A stretch of DNA of 64,000 nt from Candidatus Poribacteria bacterium (GTDB lineage: Bacteria; Poribacteria; WGA-4E; WGA-3G): positions 672,001-736,000 of the forward strand of contig OZ244048.1 in NCBI GenBank assembly GCA_965215265.1. The letters are read 5' to 3'. The translations under genes and the position numbers were made by a program. A model generated the notes under the pieces. It did not search any database and had not been told where the DNA came from. It worked only from the letters and a program-made list of their open reading frames with translations. Position 1 is the stretch's first letter. Each line of letters begins with the position of its first letter. Shown piece by piece: positions 60,069-64,000 of this stretch.

Positions 60069-61136
60069 TTAACAATAAGTGGCGGCCTCTTTTATAGCCG
60101 CGATGAGGCTTGTTTCGTTTGCGATGCCTTTGCCGGCAATGTCGAAGGCGGTGCCGTGGTCGACACTGGTGCGAATAATGGGCAGACCCAATGTGATATT
60201 GACAATCTGGCCAAATGCGAGAAGTTTTATAGGGATGTTTCCCTGGTCGTGGTACATGGCGATAACCGCATCCCAATGCCCTTGGCTTGCCTTAATAAAC
60301 AGTGTATCAGCAGGAAATGGACCGTCTATAAACGTTTGGGTGCCTAAGCTAGCTCTCGCCTGTTGAATTGCGGGAATGATACAGTTCAGTTCTTCAGTGC
60401 CAAATAGTCCGTCTTCGCCAGCGTGTGGATTGAGAGCGGCTAGAGCGAGGCGTGGAGTGTGGGTGCCTCTCTGCAAAAAAGCTTGATGTGTGATAGCGAT
60501 GACATCTACAATTTTTTGGATTGACAAGTGCTTAGGTACTTCGGCGAGCGGAATGTGGTTTGTGACAAAAACGACTGCTAGGTGCTTTCTATTTCTGTTT
60601 TGTGCTTCGGTCCACCCACTGGGGTCGGCCCCGGTTTTGAGCATCATAACAGCTTTAGGTGTATTCGTAAGTGCGGCAAGCATCTCGGTGTGTCCAGGGT
60701 AAGGGCAGCCGGCGCGTTGGATAGCTGCTTTGCATATCGGTGCGGTTACAATTGCATTTAGTGTTCCATTCAGTGCGAGACGTGTTGCTGTCTCGATTGC
60801 TCGGACAGCGGCTGCGCCGGTCCGTATGTCTATATGTCCTGGCCCCATCTCCGATGGATGCAAGGAGGCAACCTCCAAGACATCAACGGTTCCATACTGT
60901 GTTGCAGGCATCTCTCTAGGGTTGCGAAAACCGCGTACTTGTAGCCTTGGTTGGAATCTAAGGGCATGTTCAAAAATTGCGGTACTGCCGATGACAACAG
61001 GTCTGCATATCTCGTAAATGTTTTTGGATGCGAGTGCTTTAACAATAATTTCTGGGCCGATGCCGGCGGCATCGCCCATAGTAATGCCGATACGTGGGAG
61101 TGTTTTCACACTGTTTATGTGGTGGCTGATAGACAT
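60069..61136 (-). CDS. pdxA: 4-hydroxythreonine-4-phosphate dehydrogenase
   Basis: ITMGDAAGIGPE, GHTE, LNPHAGE, ADTLF, MYHDQG, RTSVDHGTAFDIAGKG. Confidence 0.95.
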   Translation of the reverse strand: MSISHHINSVKTLPRIGITMGDAAGIGPEIIVKALASKNIYEICRPVVIGSTAIFEHALRFQPRLQVRGFRNPREMPATQYGTVDVLEVASLHPSEMGPGHIDIRTGAAAVRAIETATRLALNGTLNAIVTAPICKAAIQRAGCPYPGHTEMLAALTNTPKAVMMLKTGADPSGWTEAQNRNRKHLAVVFVTNHIPLAEVPKHLSIQKIVDVIAITHQAFLQRGTHTPRLALAALNPHAGEDGLFGTEELNCIIPAIQQARASLGTQTFIDGPFPADTLFIKASQGHWDAVIAMYHDQGNIPIKLLAFGQIVNITLGLPIIRTSVDHGTAFDIAGKGIANETSLIAAIKEAATYC

Positions 61137-61193
61137 TTTCTTCCCCAGTGGGTGGCTATTTTTATGATGGCTCCCACCCGCCCAACTCCACTC

Positions 61194-61490
61194 TCATCGA
61201 GGATCTTTGATGTCTGGTGGTTCAGTGAGGGTTCGGTATAGGGTTGCGGCTCTTGCACGTGAAACATTCCCGGTTGGTATTTCAAGGACTTCATATTCAA
61301 GAGTGTCGATGTCAGTACCGGAAATTTCTTGTCTGGGTGGCGGTAGGCTGATAATGTCGCCGGCTGCAAGTTCTTTAGCGGCTTTGGCGGGCTGTCCGTT
61401 TACGCAAACTTTGCCGCGGCTACAGAGTGTATTAGCAACGGGCCTACGTTTGACGAGGCGACTGACTTGTAAGAATTTGTCTAAGCGCAT
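61194..61490 (-). CDS. RNA-binding S4 domain protein (YabO/Hsp15-like)
   Basis: MRLDKFLQVSRLVKRR..A..G.V.VNG..AK..GDII. Confidence 0.9.
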   Translation of the reverse strand: MRLDKFLQVSRLVKRRPVANTLCSRGKVCVNGQPAKAAKELAAGDIISLPPPRQEISGTDIDTLEYEVLEIPTGNVSRARAATLYRTLTEPPDIKDPR

Positions 61491-61763
61491 TTTTTTGTAT
61501 TTTTGTATCCAATAGCGATAAGGCGGATTGGGTCTGAGACGTATTATGCCTGTCCACTTGGCCAGTCACTGCCCAATTGATAATATTAATAGGGCGAACA
61601 GTACATGACAAGGGCATTCCGCGGTTGATTGGCCCGTGGTACACAAGTGTGCCGTTCAAAGAAATCACCTTGCGAAAGGAATTCACCCTGCTTTGCAGGG
61701 AGAACTTCTTAAAAGGGATAATTCTTGTCGCAAACTGAGTCTATTTTTGAGCGCAACAAAAGA

Positions 61764-63998
61764 TTAGTTAGTTAATTCATTTCCAATTCCGGTTTCGCTG
61801 GGTGTCGGTTGTATTTCCACGGATGTGTCTTGTACGATGTTAGCCGTGAGAGATATCTCGAGTACTTGCATCATATCAGTCACGTTGTGAAAACGGAGGC
61901 TGTCGCGGATTTCGTTGGGTATGTCAACGAGATCTTTCTCGTTGTCTTGAGGTATGATGATGTCAAAGATTCCGTTTCGGTAAGCGGCGAGTGCTTTTTC
62001 CTTTAAGCCGCCAATGGGTAGTACGCGTCCGCGTAGGGTAATTTCGCCGGTCATTGCGACCTCTTTTCGGACTGGGGTGCCGGTGAGTGCTGAAATAATA
62101 GCGGTTGCGGCAGTGATTCCTGCGGAGGGTCCGTCTTTAGGTACTGCGCCTTCCGGTACGTGAATGTGTATATCTTGTTGTTCAAATCTATTGTCAGCGA
62201 GTCCGAAAGATTCGGCGCGGGATCGGATGTAAGCGACGGCGGTTTGGACAGATTCGCGCATGACTTCCTGAAGTTGTCCGGTCATACTCAATTTTCCTTC
62301 TCCGTGCATAATTGTGGCTTCAACGGAGACGATATCGCCGCCGATTTGTGTCCAGACCATGCCGGTTGCGACACCGACTTCGTCGCGTTCTTCGGCTTTG
62401 GTGCGTGTCCATTTAGCAGGTCCGAGATAGTCACTGATGTTGAGTGGTGTGACTTCAACGGTCATGTCGGGTGTGTCTTCAGTAACAATCTCTTTTGCGA
62501 TTTTCCTGCAGACGCTTGTGACTACGCGTTCGAGGTTTCGCACGCCTGCCTCGCGCGTATATTTGTGAATGATTTCAAAAATCGCTTCTTCAGTGAATGT
62601 AATGTTCTCTTCAGACAACCCGTGTAGTTTGAGTTGCTTTGGAATGAGTCCATTGGGTGTGAAAGTAGCAATGTTATGCTTCTCGAAATCGGTATAGCCG
62701 GGCAGTTCAATGATTTCCATGCGGTCTTGGAGTGCCGGTGGTATGGTAATGCGTGTGTTGGCTGTTGTTACGAACATGACATCGGACAGATCGAATGCAA
62801 TGTCCATGTAGTGGTCTCGGAAGGTTGCGTTCTGCTCGGGGTCAAGCACTTCAAGAAGCGCCGATGCAGGGTCGCCGCGAAAATCGGAGCTGAGTTTATC
62901 AATTTCATCAAGTAGAAAGAGGGGGTTTTTGGACTTGACATCACGTAGTCCTTGTATGATGCGGCCTGGGATGGCTCCAATATAGGTGCGTCTGTGTCCT
63001 CGTATTTCGGCTTCATCTCGGACACCGCCGAGTGACATCCGGACGAATTCTCTGCCAGTGGCCCGTGCGATAGATTTGCCGAGCGAAGTTTTTCCAACAC
63101 CGGGTGGGCCGACAAGACAGAGGATAGGCCCCTTGAGGTGTTTAACAAGTTGTAAGACGGCGAGGTATTCTAAAACGTTTTCCTTGGGTTTTTCCAGGCC
63201 GTAGTGGTCTTCATCTAAGATTTGTTGTGCTTCTGACAGTTGGACTTGATGTTCAGAGCGTTCTTTCCAAGGAAGGGCCAGCATCCAATCGACATAGGTT
63301 CTGATCACCCCTGATTCGGCGGACTGTGCGGGCATCTGTGCGAGGCGGTCAAGTTCCTTGAGTGCCTTCTCCTCTGCTTCTTCGGACATACCTGCTTCCT
63401 TCACCTGTTCACGTAGTTCATCCACTTCAGCGATGTCGTCGCGTCCGAGTTCTTTCTGGATGACTTTCATCTGTTCCTGAAGGTAGAATTCTCGATGTGT
63501 TTTCTGTACAGCTTCGCGAACTTGGTTGTGTATATCGTCCTTGAGTTCAATTCGTTCAAGTTCCTCTCTTAAGAGTCGGATGATGAATTGGAGTCGCTTA
63601 ATAGGATTGAGTTCGTCCATGACAGCTTGTCGATTTTGTGGGGAGAGAGCGATGAATCCTGCAATGGTATCGGCAAGATGTCCGGGTTCTTCCTGTTCGC
63701 TAACTGCGCGTTTAGATTCAACAGGTTCCTTTTGTCGTGTTTTGAGATAAGTGTTGAAGAGTTTGCGTGCTTCTGGCATGAGAGTTGAGGCAGCGTCGGC
63801 GAGTCCAAGTTCTTCATGAACGACCTGAATTTCAGCTTTAAAGAAGCGATCGGATGTAGTGCATCGTAGTACGATTGCACGGCTTTCGGATTCGACGGCG
63901 ATTCGGATGGTGCCGTCTCCTGGTTCATAGAATTCAATGATGTTGGCGACAGTGCCGACAGCGTGTAGCTGCTCAGGCGTGGGTTCTTCCTCTTCTAA
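61764..63998 (-). CDS. lon: Lon protease (5' end lies beyond the window)
   Basis: [33 protein letters not shown] (catalytic Ser), PIGGLKEK; frame stays open from 63779 to the window edge with Lon N-domain-like sequence ([16 protein letters not shown]). Confidence 0.96.
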   Translation of the reverse strand, partial: LEEEEPTPEQLHAVGTVANIIEFYEPGDGTIRIAVESESRAIVLRCTTSDRFFKAEIQVVHEELGLADAASTLMPEARKLFNTYLKTRQKEPVESKRAVSEQEEPGHLADTIAGFIALSPQNRQAVMDELNPIKRLQFIIRLLREELERIELKDDIHNQVREAVQKTHREFYLQEQMKVIQKELGRDDIAEVDELREQVKEAGMSEEAEEKALKELDRLAQMPAQSAESGVIRTYVDWMLALPWKERSEHQVQLSEAQQILDEDHYGLEKPKENVLEYLAVLQLVKHLKGPILCLVGPPGVGKTSLGKSIARATGREFVRMSLGGVRDEAEIRGHRRTYIGAIPGRIIQGLRDVKSKNPLFLLDEIDKLSSDFRGDPASALLEVLDPEQNATFRDHYMDIAFDLSDVMFVTTANTRITIPPALQDRMEIIELPGYTDFEKHNIATFTPNGLIPKQLKLHGLSEENITFTEEAIFEIIHKYTREAGVRNLERVVTSVCRKIAKEIVTEDTPDMTVEVTPLNISDYLGPAKWTRTKAEERDEVGVATGMVWTQIGGDIVSVEATIMHGEGKLSMTGQLQEVMRESVQTAVAYIRSRAESFGLADNRFEQQDIHIHVPEGAVPKDGPSAGITAATAIISALTGTPVRKEVAMTGEITLRGRVLPIGGLKEKALAAYRNGIFDIIIPQDNEKDLVDIPNEIRDSLRFHNVTDMMQVLEISLTANIVQDTSVEIQPTPSETGIGNELTN

Positions 63999-64000
63999 GA

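Noticed and set aside
61491-61763. ncRNA or small gene between lon and the S4 gene
   Set aside because: Only a short stem (CCCTGCTTTGCAGGG) and a motif-less 80-aa ORF; insufficient evidence.

Overview
A gene-dense bacterial chromosomal window. The content strongly resembles Candidatus Poribacteria or a related sponge/marine lineage (inference only): three Cys-type sulfatases, two phytanoyl-CoA dioxygenase-family genes, CRTAC1/TPR/LamG/HEAT proteins, a DUF1592-DUF1552 pair, and secreted proteins ending in a [VI]EPxDKLxxxWAxIK tail. Housekeeping genes are argC-lpxB-lpxK, hflK-hflC, pdxA, an S4 protein and lon (cut by the window edge). Five accessory highlights stand out. (i) A three-gene SNF2-helicase/DUF3883, DUF1156 methyltransferase and DUF499 ATPase defence locus (37.2-46.5 kb); its methyltransferase carries one in-frame amber stop and is preceded by a promoter, a C9-tract mini-ORF and hairpins. 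(ii) A 2144-aa PorU/gingipain-like C25 protease. (iii) Two unrelated secreted proteins sharing a short C-terminal motif, a candidate uncharacterised sorting signal. (iv) A gluconolactonase that appears to have copied the Tat leader of its DUF1552 neighbour. (v) IS630 and DUF4159 relics plus GTAG-led REP-like palindromes. No rRNA, tRNA or CRISPR array was recognised. All family assignments come from motif recognition by eye, not database searches.
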